A stretch of DNA of 64,000 nt from the human T2T-CHM13v2.0 reference genome, Homo sapiens, in the NCBI RefSeq assembly GCF_009914755.1, contig NC_060946.1; one strand, 5' to 3'. Within the stretch, counting starts at the first letter, position 1, and every line of letters starts with the position of its first letter. Below the pieces are notes generated by a model. It was not told the DNA's origin, did no database searches, and saw nothing but the letters and a program-made list of their open reading frames with translations. Below are positions 42,601 through 57,600 of the stretch, one piece after another. A program made the translations under genes and the position numbers.

Positions 42601-45600
42601 TGCATCTCTTGCCTAGGCTTTGCCTACAGGGGACATTGTGACATATCTCTGCACTGATCTCCCAGGTGCTGTAACTTTAGTCTAGGCTCTGACTACACGG
42701 CATTGTGACATATCACTGCACTGATCAACCAGGTGATATAACTCTTGTATAGGCTCTGCCTACAGGGGGATTGTGACCTACCTCTGCACTGATCACCCAG
42801 GTGATATAACTCTTCTCTAGGATCTGCCTACAGGGTACTTTGTGACATATCCCTGCACTGATCACCCAGGTGATCTATCTCTAGTCTTAGCTCTGCCTAA
42901 AGGGGCATTGTGACAGATCTCTGCACTGATCACTCAGGTGATGTAAGTATTGTCTAGGCTCGGCTTCAAGGGGCCTTGTCACATATCTCTGCACTGATCA
43001 CCCAGGTGATGTAACTCTTGTCTAGGCTCTGCTTCCAGGGCATATTGTGACATATCTATGCACTGATCACCTTAGTGATGTAACACTTTGGTAGGCTCGG
43101 CCTACAGGGGAATCTTGACACATCTCTGCACTGTTAACCGAGGTGATTTAACACTTGTCTAGGCTGTGCCCACAGGGGGATTGAGACATATCTCTGCACT
43201 GATCCCGAGGTGATACAACTCTTGCCTGGTCTCTGCCTACTGTGGACATTGTGACATATCTCTGCACTGATCTCCCAGGTGCTGTAACTTTAGTCTAGGC
43301 TCTGGCTACACGGCATTGTGACATATCACTGCACTGATCACCCAGGCGATATAACTCTTCTCTAGGATCTGACCACAGGGTGCTTTGTGACATATCCCTG
43401 CAATGATCACCCAGGTGATATACCACTTGCCAAGGCTCTGCCTACAGGGGCATTGCAATGTATCTCTGCACTGATCACCTAGGTCTTGTAGCTATTTTCT
43501 AGGATCTGCCTACAGGGTGCTTTGTGACGTGTCCCAGCAAGGATTACCCAGGTGATGTACCTCTCATCAAGGCTCTGCCTACAGGCACATTGTGATGTAT
43601 CTCTGCACTGATCACCTAGGTCATGTAACCTTTTTCTAGGCTCTACCTAAGATGGCATTGTGACATATCTCTGCACTAATCATCCAAGTGATGTAACACT
43701 TGTCTAGGATGTGCCTAAATTAACTTTTTGACATAACCCTGTACTGATCATCCAGGTGATGGAGCTTTTGTCTAGGCTCTGCCTAAGGGGGCATTGTGAC
43801 ATATTTCTGCATTGATCACCCAGGTGGCGAACTCTTCTCTCGGATCTGCCTATGGGGGCATTGTGAGAAATCTCTGCACTGATAACCCAGGTGATGTAAC
43901 TGTTGTGTAACCTCTGCCTACAGGAGAATTGTGAGAGATCTCGTCACTGATTACCCAAGTGATGTAACCGTTGTCTAGGCTTTGCATACAGGGGGCTTTG
44001 TGACATACCTTTGCACTGATCACCCAGGTGATGTAACACATCTAAGTTCGGCCTAAAGGAGCTTTGTGACATATCTCTGCACTGATCACTTAGGTGATGT
44101 AACACTTTTATAATCACTGCCTACAGGGAATTTTGACAAATCTCTGCACTGATCACCTAGGTGATGTAACTCTTGTCTACCCCCTGTCCAAGGGGGCATT
44201 GTGAAATATCTCTGCACTGATCACCCAGGTGATTCAACTCTTGACTAGGAACTGCCTACAGAGGTTATTGTGAAATATCTCTGCACTGATAAACTAGGTG
44301 GTGTAACCCTTGTCCAAGCTCTGCCTACAGGGGCGTTTCCACATATCCCTGAACTGATGACAAAGGTGATGTAACACTTGCCTAGGCTTTGCCTACAGGG
44401 CACATTGGACATATATCTGCACTGATCACCCAGGTGATGCAACTCCTGCCTAGGCTTTGCCTACAGGGGACATTGTGACATATCTCTTCAATGATCACTC
44501 ATGTGATGCATCTCTTGCCTAGGCTTTGCCTACAGGGGACATTGTGACATATCTCTGCACTGATCTCCCAGGTGCTGTAACTTTAGTCTAGGCTCTGGCT
44601 ACACGGCATTGTGACATATCACTGCACTGATCAACCAGGTGATATAACTCTTGTATAGGCTCTGCCTACAGGGGGATTGTGACCTACCTCTGCACTGATC
44701 ACCAAGGTGATATAACTCTTCTCTAGGATGCTGACTACAGGGTACTTTGTGACATATCCCTGCACTGATCACCCAGGTGATCTATCTCTGGTCTAAGCTC
44801 TGCCTAAAGGGGCATTGTGACAGATCTCTGCACTGATCACTCAGGTGATGTAAGTATTGTCTAGGCTCGGCTTCAAGGGGCCTTGTCACATATCTCTGCA
44901 CTGATCACCCAGGTGATGTAACTCTTGTCTAGGCTCTGCTTCCAGGGCATATTGTGACATATCTATGCACTGATCACCTTAGTGATGTAACACTTTGGTA
45001 GGCTCGGCCTACAGGGGAATCTTGACATATCTCTGCACTGTTAACCGAGGTGATTTAACTCTTGTCTAGGCTGTGCCCACAGGGGGATTGAGACATATCT
45101 CTGCACTGATCCCGAGGTGATACAACTCTTGCCTGGTCTCTGCCTACTGTGGACATTGTGACATATCTCTGCACTGATCTCCCAGGTGCTGTAACTTTAG
45201 TCTAGGCTCTGGCTACACGGCATTTTGACATATCACTGCACTGATCACCCAGGCGATATAACTCTTCTCTAGGATCTGACCACAGGGTGCTTTGTGACAT
45301 ATCCCTGCAATGATCACCCAGGTGATATACCACTTGCCAAGGCTCTGCCTACAGGGGCATTGCAATGTATCTCTGCACTGATCACCTAGGTCTTGTAGCT
45401 ATTTTCTAGGATCTGCCTACAGGGTGCTTTGTGAAGTGTCCCAGCAAGGATTACCCAGGCGATGTACCTCTCATCAAGGCTCTGCCTACAGGCACATTGT
45501 GATGTATCTCTGCACTGATCACCTAGGTCATGTAACCTTTTTCTAGGCTCTACCTACGATGGCATTGTGACATATCTCTGCACTAATCATCCAAGTGATG

Positions 45601-48600
45601 TAACACTTGTCTAGGATGTGCCTAAATTAACTTTTTGACATAACCCTGTACTGATCATCCAGGTGATGGAGCTTTTGTCTAGGCTCTGCCTAAGGGGGCA
45701 TTGTGACATATTTCTGTATTGATCCCCCAGGTGGCGAACTCTTCTCTCGGATCTGCCTATGGGGGCATTGTGAGAAATCTCTGCACTGATCACCCAGGTG
45801 ATGTAACTGTTGTGTAACCTCTGCCTACAGGGTAATTGTGAGAGATCTCGTCACTGATTATCCAAGTGATGTAACCGTTGTCTAGGCTTTGCAAACAGGG
45901 GGCTTTGTGACATACCTTTGCACTGATCACCCAGGTGATGTAACACATCAAAGTTCGGCCTAAAGGAGCTTTGTGACATATCTCTGCACTGATCACTTAG
46001 GTGATGTAACACTTTTATAATCACTGCCTACAGGGAATTTTGACAAATCTCTGCACTGATCACCTAGGTGATGTAACTCTTGTCTACCCCCTGTCCAACA
46101 GGGCATTGTGAAATATCTCTGCACTGATCACCCAGGTGATTCAACTCTTGACTAGGAACTGCCTACAGAGGTTATTGTGAAATATCTCTGCACTGATAAA
46201 CTAGGTGGTGTAACCATTGTCCAAGCTCTGCCTACAGGGGCGTTTCCACATATCCCTGAACTGATGACAAAGGTGACGTAACTCTTGCCTAGGCTTTGCC
46301 TGCAGGGAACATTGGACATATATCTGCACTGATCACCCAGGTGATGCAACTCTTGCCTAGGCTTTGCCTACAGGGGACATTGTGACATATCTCTTCAATG
46401 ATCACTCATGTGATGCATCTCTTGCCTAGGCTTTGCCTACAGGGGACATTGTGACATATCTCTGCACTGATCTCCCAGTTGCTGTAACTTTAGACTAGGC
46501 TCTGGCTACACGGCATTGTGACATATCACTGCACTGATCAACCAGGTGATATAACTCTTGTATAGGCTCTGCCTACAGGGGGATTGTGACCTACCTCTGC
46601 ACTGATCACGCAGGTGATATAACTCTTCTCTAGTATCTTCCTACAGGGTACTTTGTGACATATCCCTGCACTGATCACCCAGGTGATCTATCTCTGGTCT
46701 AAGCTCTGCCTAAAGGGGCATTGTGACAGATCTCTGCACTGATCACTCAGGTGATGTAAGTATTGTCTAGGCTCTGCTTCAAGGGGCCTTGTCACATATC
46801 TCTGCACTGATCACCCAGGTGATGTAACTCTTGTCTAGGCTCTGCTTCCAGGGCATATTGTGACATATCTATGCACTGATCACCTTAGTGATGTAACACT
46901 TTGGTAGGCTCGGCCTACAGGGGAATCTTGACATATCTCTGCACTGTTAACCGAGGTGATTTAACTCTTGTCTAGGCTGTGCCCACAGGGGGATTGAGAC
47001 ATATCTCTGCACTGATCCCCAGGTGATACAACTCTTGCCTGGTCTCTGCCTACTGTGGACATTGTGACATATCTCTGCACTGATCTCCCAGGTGCTGTAA
47101 CTTTAGTCTAGGCTCTGGCTACACGGCATTGTGACATATCACTGCACTGATAACCCAGGCGATATAACTCTTCTCTAGGATCTGACCTCAGGGTGCTTTG
47201 TGACATATCCCTGCAATGATCACCCAGGTGATATACAACTTGCCAAGGCTCTGCCTACAGGGGCATTGCAATGTATCTCTGCACTGATCACCTAGGTCTT
47301 GTAGCTATTTTCTAGGATCTGCCTACAGGGTGCTTTGTGACGTGTCCCAGCAAGGATTACCCAGGTGATGTATCTCTCATCAAGGCTCTGCCTACAGGCA
47401 CATTGTGATGTATCTCTGCACTGATCACCTAGGTCATGTAACTTTTTTCTAGGCTCTACCTACGAAGGCATTGTGACATATCTCTGAACTAATCATCCAA
47501 GTGATGTAACACTTGTCTAGGATGTGCCTAAATTAACTTTTTGACATAACCCTGTACTGATCATCCAGGTGATGGAGCTTTTGTCTAGGCTCTGCGTAAG
47601 GGGGCATTGTGACATATTTCTGCATTGATCACCCAGGTGGCGAACTCTTCTCTCGGATCTGCCTATGGGGGCATTGTGAGAAATCTCTGCACTGATAACC
47701 CAGGTGATGTAACTGTTGTGTATCCTCTGCCTACAGGAGAATTGTGAGAGATCTCGTCACTGATTACCCAAGTGATGTAACCGTTGTCTAGGCTTTGCAT
47801 ACAGGGGGCTTTGTGACATACCTTTGCACTGATCACCCAGGTGATGTAACACATCTAAGTTCGGCCTAAAGGAGCTTTGTGACATATCTCTGCACTGATC
47901 ACTTAGGTGATGTAACACTTTTATAATCACTGCCTACAGGGAATTTTGACAAATCTCTGCACTGATCACCTAGGTGATGTAACTCTTGTCTACCCCCTGT
48001 CCAAGGGGGCATTGTGAAATATCTCTGCACTGATCACCCAGGTGATTCAACTCTTGACTAGGAACTGCCTACACAGTTTATTGTGAAATATCTCTGCACT
48101 GATAAACTAGGGGGTGTAACCCTTGTCCAAGCTCTGCCTACAGGGGCGTTTCCACATATCCCTGAACTGATGACAAAGGTGATGTAACTCTTGCCTAGGC
48201 TTTGCCTACAGGGCACATTGGACATATATCTGCACTGATCACCCAGGTGATGCAACTCCTGCCTAGGCTTTGCCTACAGGGGACATTGTGACATATCTCT
48301 TCAATGATCACTCATGTGATGCATCTCTTGCCTAGGCTTTGCCTACAGGGGACATTGTGACATATCTCTGCACTGATCTCCCAGGTGCTGTAACTTTAGT
48401 CTAGGCTCTGGCTACACGGCATTGTGACATATCACTGCACTGATCAACCAGGTGATATAACTCTTGTATAGGCTGTGCCTACAGGGGGATTGTGACCTAC
48501 CTCTGCACTGATCACCAAGGTGATATAACTCTTCTCTAGGATCTGCCTACAGGGTACTTTGTGACATATCCCTGCACTGATCACCCAGGTGATGTATCTC

Positions 48601-51600
48601 TGGTCTAAGCTCTGCCTAAAGGGGCATTGTGACAGATCTCTGCACTGATCACTCAGGTGATGTAAGTATTGTCTAGGCTCGGCTTCAAGGGGCCTTGTCA
48701 CATATCTCTGCACTGATCACCCAGGTGATGTAACTCTTGTCTAGGCTCTGCTTCCAGGGCATATTGTGACATATCTATGCACTGATCACCTTAGTGATGT
48801 AACACTTTGGTAGGCTCGGCCTACAGGGGAATCTTGACATATCTCTGCACTGTTAACCGAGGTGATTTAACTCTTGTCTAGGCTGTGCCCACAGGGGGAT
48901 TGAGACATATCTCTGCACTGATCCCGAGGTGATACAACTCTTGCCTGGTCTCTGCCTACTGTGGACATTGTGACATATCTCTGCACTGATCTCCCAGGTG
49001 CTGTAACTTTAGTCTAGGCTCTGGCTACACGGCATTGTGACATATCACTGCACTGATCACCCAGGCGATATAACTCTTCTCTAGGATCTGACCACAGGGT
49101 GCTTTGTGACATATCCCTGCAATGATCACCCAGGTGATATACCACTTGCCAAGGCTCTGCCTACAGGGGCATTGCAATGTATCTCTGCACTGATCACCTA
49201 GGTCTTGTAGCTATTTTCTAGGATCTGCCTACAGGGTGCTTTGTGACGTGTCCCAGCAAGGATTACCCAGGTGATGTACCTCTCATCAAGGCTCTGCCTA
49301 CAGGCACATTGTGATGTATCTCTGCACTGATCACCTAGGTCATCTAACCTTTTTCTAGGCTCTACCTACGATGGCATTGTGACATATCTCTGCACTAATC
49401 ATCCAAGTGATGTAACACTTGTCTAGGATGTGCCTAAATTAACTTTTTGACATAACCCTGTACTGATCATCCAGGTGATGGAGCTTTTGTCTAGGCTCTG
49501 CCTAAGGGGGCATTGTGACATATTTCTGCATTGATCCCCCAGGTGGCGAACTCTTCTCTTGGATCTGCCTATGGGGGCATTGTGAGAAATCTCTGCACTG
49601 ATCACCCAGGTGATGTAACTGATGTGTAACCTCTGCCTACAGGGGAATTGTGAGAGATCTCGTCACTGATTACCCAAGTGATGTAACCGTTGTCTAGGCT
49701 TTGCGTACAGGGGGCTTTCAGACATACCTTTGCACTGATCACCCAGGTGATGTAACACATCTAAGTTCGGCCTAAAGGAGCTTTGTGACATATCTCTGCA
49801 CTGATCACTTAGGTGATGTAACACTTTTATAATCACTGCCTACAGGGAATTTTGACAAATCTCTGCACTGATCACCTAGGTGATGTAACTCTTGTCTACC
49901 CCCTGTCCAACAGGGCATTGTGAAATTTCTCTGCACTGATCACCCAGGTGATTCAACTCTTGACTAGGAACTGCCTACAGAGGTTATTGTGAAATATCTC
50001 TGCACTGATAAACTAGGTGGTGTAACCATTGTCCAAGCTCTGCCTACAGGGGCGTTTCCACATATCCCTGAACTGATGACAAAGGTGATGTAACTCTTGC
50101 CTATTCTATCCCTGCAGGGAACATTGGACATATATCTGCACTGATCACCCAGGTGATGCAACTCTTGCCTAGGCTTTGCCTACAGAGGACATTGTGACAT
50201 ATCTCTTCAATGATCACTCATATGATGCATCTCTTGCCTAGGCTTTGCCTACAGGGGACATTGTGACATATCTCTGCACTGATCTCCCAGTTGCTGTAAC
50301 TTTAGTCTAGGCTCTGGCTACACGGCATTGTGACATATCACTGCACTGATCAACCAGATGATATAACTCTTGTATAGGCTCAGCCTACAGGGGGATTGTG
50401 ACCTACCTCTGCACTGATCACGCAGGTGATATAACTCTTCTCTAGTATCTTCCTACAGGGTACTTTGTGACATATCCCTGCACTGATCACCCAGGTGATC
50501 TATCTCTGGTCTAAGCTCTGCCTAAACGGGCATTGTGACAGATCTCTGCACTGATCACTCAGGTGATGTAAGTATTGTCTAGGCTCTGCTTCAAGGGGCC
50601 TTGTCACATATCTCTGCACTGATAACCCAGGTGATGTAACTCTTGTCTAGGCTCTGCTTCCAGGGCATATTGTGACATATCTATGCACTGATCACCTTAG
50701 TGATGTAACACTTTGGTAGGCTCGGCCTACAGGGGAATCTTGACATATCTCTGCACTGTTAACCGAGGTGATTTAACTCTTGTCTAGGCTGTGCCCACAG
50801 GGGGATTGAGACATATCTCTGCACTGATCCCGAGGTGATACAACTCTTGCCTGGTCTCTGCCTACTGTGGACATTGGGACATATCTCTGCACTGATCTCC
50901 CAGGTGCTGTAACTTTAGTCTAGGCTCTGGCTACACGGCATTGTGACATATCACTGCACTGATCACCCAGGCGATATAACTCTTCTCTAGGATCTGACCA
51001 CAGGGTGCTTTGTGACATATCCCTGCAATGATCACCCAGGTGATATACCACTTGCCAAGGCTCTGCCTACAGGGGCATTGCAATGTATCTCTGCACTGAT
51101 CACCTAGGTCTTGTAGCTATTTTCTAGGATCTGCCTACAGGGTGCTTTGTGACGTGTCCCAGCAAGGATTACCCAGGTGATGTACCTCTCATCAAGGCTC
51201 TGCCTACAGGCACATTGTGATGTATCTCTGCACTGATCACCTAGGTCATGTAACCTTTTTCTAGGCTCTACCTACGATGGCATTGTGACATATCTCTGCA
51301 CTAATCATCCAAGTGATGTAACACTTGTCTAGGATGTGCCTAAATTAACTTTTTGACATAACCCTGTACTGATCATCCAGGTGATGGAGCTTTTGTCTAG
51401 GCTCTGCCTAAGGGGGCATTGTGACATATTTCTGCATTGATCCCCCAGGTGGCGAACTCTTCTCTCGGATCTGCCTATGGGGGCATTGTGAGAAATCTCT
51501 GCACTGATCACCCAGGTGATGTAACTGATGTGTAACCTCGGCCTACAGGGGAATTGTGAGAGATCTCGTCACTGATTACCCAAGTGATGTAACCGTTGTC

Positions 51601-54600
51601 TAGGCTTTGCGTACAGGGGGCTTTCTGACATACCTTTGCACTGATCACCCTGGTGATGTAACACATCTAAGTTCGGCCTAAAGGAGCTTTGTGATATATC
51701 TCTGCACTGATCACTTAGGTGATGTAACACTTTTATAATCACTGCCTACAGGGAATTTTGACAAATCTCTGCACTGATCACCTAGGTGATGTAACTCTTG
51801 TCTACCCCCTGTCCAACAGGGCATTGTGAAATTTCTCTGCACTGATCACCCAGGTGATTCAACTCTTGACTAGGAACTGCCTACAGAGGTTATTGTGAAA
51901 TATCTCTGCACTGATAAACTAGGTGGTGTAACCATTGTCCAAGCTCTGCCTACAGGGGCGTTTCCACATATCCCTGAACTGATGACAAAGGTGATGTAAC
52001 TCTTGCCTAGGCTATCCCTGCAGGGAACATTGGACATATATCTGCACTGATCACCCAGGTGATGCAACTCTTGCCTAGGCTTTGCCTACAGAGGACATTG
52101 TGACATATCTCTTCAATGATCACTCATATGATGCATCTCTTGCCTAGGCTTTGCCTACAGGGGACATTGTGACATATCTCTGCACTGATCTCCCAGTTGC
52201 TGTAACTTTAGTCTAGGCTCTGGCTACACGGCATTGTGACATATCACTGCACTGATCAACCAGATGATATAACTCTTGTATAGGCTCTGCCTACAGGGGG
52301 ATTGTGACCTACCTCTGCACTGATCACGCAGGTGATATAACTCTTCTCTACTATCTTCCTACAGGGTACTTTGTGACATATCCCTGCACTGATCACCCAG
52401 GTGATCTATCTCTGGTCTAAGCTCTGCCTAAACGGGCATTGTGACAGATCTCTGCACTGATCACTCAGGTGATGTAAGTATTGTCTAGGCTCTGCTTCAA
52501 GGGGCCTTGTCACATATCTCTGCACTGATAACCCAGGTGATGTAACTCTTGTCTAGGCTCTGCTTCCAGGGCATATTGTGACATATCTATGCACTGATCA
52601 CCTTAGTGATGTAACACTTTGGTAGGCTCGGCCTACAGGGGAATCTTGACATATCTCTGCACTGTTAACCGAGGTGATTTAACTCTTGTCTAGGCTGTGC
52701 CCACAGGGGGATTGAGACATATCTCTGCACTGATCCCGAGGTGATACAACTCTTGCCTGGTCTCTGCCTACTGTGGACATTGGGACATATCTCTGCACTG
52801 ATCTCCCAGGTGCTGTAACTTTAGTCTAGGCTCTGGCTACACGGCATTGTGACATATCACTGCACTGATCACCCAGGCGATATAACTCTTCTCTAGGATC
52901 TGACCACAGGGTGCTTTGTGACATATCCCTGCAATGATCACCCAGGTGATATACCACTTGCCAAGGCTCTGCCTACAGGGGCATTGCAATGTATCTCTGC
53001 ACTGATCACCTAGGTCTTGTAGCTATTTTCTAGGATCTGCCTACAGGGTGCTTTGTGAGGTGTCCCAGCAAGGATTACCCAGGTGATGTACCTCTCATCA
53101 AGGCTCTGCCTACAGGCACATTGTGATGTATCTCTGCACTGATCACCTAGGTCATGTAACTTTTTTCTAGGCTCTACCTGCGATGGCATTGTGACATATC
53201 TCTGCACTAATCATCCAAGTGATGTAACACTTGTCTAGGATGTGCCTAAATTAACTTTTTGACATAACCCTGTACTGATCATCCAGGTGATGGAGCTTTT
53301 GTCTAGGCTCTGCCTAAGGGGGCATTGTGACATATTTCTGCATTGATCACCCAGGTGGCGAACTCTTCTCTCGGATCTGCCTATGGGGGCATTGTGAGAA
53401 ATCTCTGCACTGATAACCCAGGTGATGTAACTGTTGTGTAACCTCTGCCTACAGGAGAATTGTGAGAGATCTCGTCACTGATTACCCAAGTGATGTAACC
53501 GTTGTCTAGGCTTTGCGTACAGGGGGCTTTGTGACATACCTTTGCACTGATCACCCAGGTGATGTAACACATCTAAGTTCGGCCTAAAGGAGCTTTGTGA
53601 CATATCTCTGCACTGATCACTTAGGTGATGTAACACTTTTATAATCACTGCCTACAGGGAATTTTGACAAATCTCTGCACTGATCACCTAGGTGATGCAA
53701 CTCTTGTCTACCCCCTGTCCAACGGGGCATTGTGAAATATCTCTGCACTGATCACCCAGGTGATTCAACTCTTGAGTAGGAACTGCCTACAGAGGTTATT
53801 GTGAAATATCTCTGCACTGATAAACTAGGTGGTGTAACCCTTGTCCAAGCTCTGCCTACAGGGGCGTTTCCACATATCCCTGAACTGATGACAAAGGTGA
53901 TGTAACTCTTGCCTAGGCTTTGCCTACAGGGAACATTGGACATATATCTGCACTGATCACCCAGGTGATGCAACTCCTGCCTAGGCTTTGCTTACAGGGG
54001 ACATTGTGACATATCTCTTCAATGATCACTCATGTGATGCATCTCTTGCCTAGGCTTTGCCTACAGGGGACATTGTGACATATCTCTGCACTGATCTCCC
54101 AGGTGCTGTAACTTTAGTCTAGGCTCTGACTACACGGCATTGTGACATATCACTGCACTGATCAACCAGGTGATATAACTCTTGTATAGGCTCTGCCTAC
54201 AGGGGGATTGTGACCTACCTCTGCACTGATCACCCAGGTGATATAACTCTTCTCTAGGATCTGCCTACAGGGTACTTTGTGACATATCCCTGCACTGATC
54301 ACCCAGGTGATCTATCTCTGGTCTAAGCTCTGCCTGAAGGGGCATTGTGACAGATCTCTGCACTGATCACTCAGGTGATGTAAGTATTGTCTAGGCTCGG
54401 CTTCAAGGGGCCTTGTCACATATCTCTGCACTGATCACCCAGGTGATGTAACTCTTGTCTAGGCTCTGCTTCCAGGGCATATTGTGACATATCTATGCAC
54501 TGATCACCTTAGTGATGTAACACTTTGGTAGGCTCGGCCTACAGGGTAATCTTGACACATCTCTGCACTGTTAACCGAGGTGATTTAACTCTTGTATAGG

Positions 54601-57600
54601 CTGTGCCCACAGGGGGATTGAGACATATCTCTGCACTGATCCCGAGGTGATACAACTCTTGCCTGGTCTCTGCCTACTGTGGACATTGTGACATATCTCT
54701 GCACTGATCTCCCAGGTGCTGTAACTTTAGTCTAGGCTCTGGCTACACGGCATTGTGACATATCACTGCACTGATCACCCAGGCGATATAACTCTTCTCT
54801 AGGATCTGACCACAGGGTGCTTTGTGACATATCCCTGCAATGATCACCCAGGTGATATACCACTTGCCAAGGCTCTGCCTACAGGGGCATTGCAATGTAT
54901 CTCTGCACTGATCACCTAGGTCTTGTAGCTATTTTCTAGGATCTGCCTACAGGGTGCTTTGTGACGTGTCCCAGCAAGGATTACCCAGGCGATGTACCTC
55001 TCATCAAGGCTCTGCCTACAGGCACATTGTGATGTATCTCTGCACTGATCACCTAGGTCATGTAACCTTTTTCTAGGCTCTACCTACGATGGCATTGTGA
55101 GATATCTCTGCACTAATCATCCAAGTGATGTAACACTTGTCTAGGATGTGCCTAAATTAACTTTTTGACATAACCCTGTACTGATCATCCAGGTGATGGA
55201 GCTTTTGTCTAGGCTCTGCCTAAGGGGGCATTGTGACATATTTCTGTATTGATCCCCCAGGTGGCGAACTCTTCTCTCGGATCTACCTATGGGGGCATTG
55301 TGAGAAATCTCTGCACTGATCACCCAGGTGATGTAACTGTTGTGTAACCTCTGCCTACAGGGTAATTGTGAGAGATCTCGTCACTGATTATCCAAGTGAT
55401 GTAACCGTTGTCTAGGCTTTGCATACAGGGGGCTTTGTGACATACCTTTGCACTGATCACCCAGGTGATGTAACACATCAAAGTTCGGCCTAAAGGAGCT
55501 TTGTGACATATCTCTGCACTGATCACTTAGGTGATGTAACACTTTTATAATCACTGCCTACAGGGAATTTTGACAAATCTCTGCACTGATCACCTAGGTG
55601 ATGTAACTCTTGTCTACCCCCTGTCCAACGGGGCATTGTGAAATATCTCTGCACTGATCACCCAGGTGATTCAACTCTTGACTAGGAACTGCCTACAGAG
55701 GTTATTGTGAAATATCTCTGCACTGATAAACTAGGTGGTGTAACCATTGTCCAAGCTCTGCCTACAGGGGCGTTTCCACATATCCCTGAACTGATGACAA
55801 AGGTGATGTAACTCTTGCCTAGGCTTTGCCTGCAGGGAACATTGGACATATATCTGCACTGATCACCCAGGTGATGCAACTCTTGCCTAGGCTTTGCCTA
55901 CAGGGGACATTGTGACATATCTCTTCAATGATCACTCATGTGATGCATCTCTTGCCTAGGCTTTGCCTACAGGGGACATTGTGACATATCTCTGCACTGA
56001 TCTCCCAGTTGCTGTAACTTTAGAGTAGGCTCTGGCTACACGGCATTGTGACATATCACTGCACTGATCAACCAGGTGATATAACTCTTGTATAGGCTCT
56101 GCCTACAGGGGGATTGTGACCTACCTCTGCACTGATCACGCAGGTGATATAACTCTTCTCTAGTATCTTCCTACAGGGTACTTTGTGACATATCCCTGCA
56201 CTCATCACCCAGGTGATCTATCTCTGGTCTAAGCTCTGCCTAAAGGGGCATTGTGACAGATCTCTGCACTGATCACTCAGGTGATGTAAGTATTGTCTAG
56301 GCTCTGCTTCAAGGGGCCTTGTCACATATCTCTGCACTGATAACCCAGGTGATGTAACTCTTGTCTAGGCTCTGCTTCCAGGGCATATTGTGACATATCT
56401 ATGCACTGATCACCTTAGTGATGTAACACTTTGGTAGGCTCGGCCTACAGGGGAATCTTGACATATCTCTGCACTGTTAACCGAGGTGATTTAACTCTTG
56501 TCTAGGCTGTGCCCACAGGGGGATTGAGACATATCTCTGCACTGATCCCGAGGTGATACAACTCTTGCCTGGTCTCTGCCTACTGTGGACATTGTGACAT
56601 ATCTCTGCACTGATCTCCCAGGTGCTGTAACTTTAGTCTAGGCTCTGGCTACACGGCATTGTGACATATCACTGCACTGATAACCCAGGCGATATAACTC
56701 TTCTCTAGGATCTGACCACAGGGTGCTTTGTGACATATCCCTGCAATGATCACCCAGGTGATATACAACTTGCCAAGGCTCTGCCTACAGGGGCATTGCA
56801 ATGTATCTCTGCACTGATCACCTAGGTCTTGTAGCTAATTTCTAGGATCTGCCTACAGGGTGCTTTGTGACGTGTCCCAGCAAGGATTACCCAGGTGATG
56901 TATCTCTCATGAAGGCTCTGCCTACAGGCACATTGTGATGTATCTCTGCACTGATCACCTAGGTCATGTAACTTTTTTCTAGGCTCTACCTACGATGGCA
57001 TTGTGACATATCTCTGAACTAATCATCCAAGTGATGTAACACTTGTCTAGGATGTGCCTAAATTAACTTTTTGACATAACCCTGTACTGATCATCCAGGT
57101 GATGGAGCTTTTGTCTAGGCTCTGCCTAAGGGGGAATTGTGACATATTTCTGCATTGATCACCAAGGTGGCGAACTCTTCTCTCGGATCTGCCTATGGGG
57201 GCATTGTGAGAAATCTCTGCACTGATAACCCAGGTGATGTAACTGTTGTGTAACCTCTGCCTACAGGAGAATTGTGAGAGATCTCGTCACTGATTACCCA
57301 AGTGATGTAACCGCTGTCTAGGCTTTGCATACAGGGGGCTTTGTGACATACCTTTGCACTGATCACCCAGGTGATGTAACACATCTAAGTTCGGCCTAAA
57401 GGAGCTTTGTGACATATCTCTGCACTGATCACTTAGGTGATGTAACACTTTTATAATCACTGCCTACAGGGAATTTTTACAAATCTCTGCACTGATCACC
57501 TAGGTGATGTAACTCTTGTCTACCCCCTGTCCAACGGGGCATTGTGAAATATCTCTGCACTGATCACCCAGGTGATTCAACTCTTGACTAGGAACTGCCT

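Noticed and set aside
5025-44735. Isolated 1-bp indels (about 5030, 7240, 44730) giving 1837/1838/1907 spacings
   Set aside because: These are ordinary singleton mutations or possible consensus errors. They are informative only when shared between units, and those cases are reported above.
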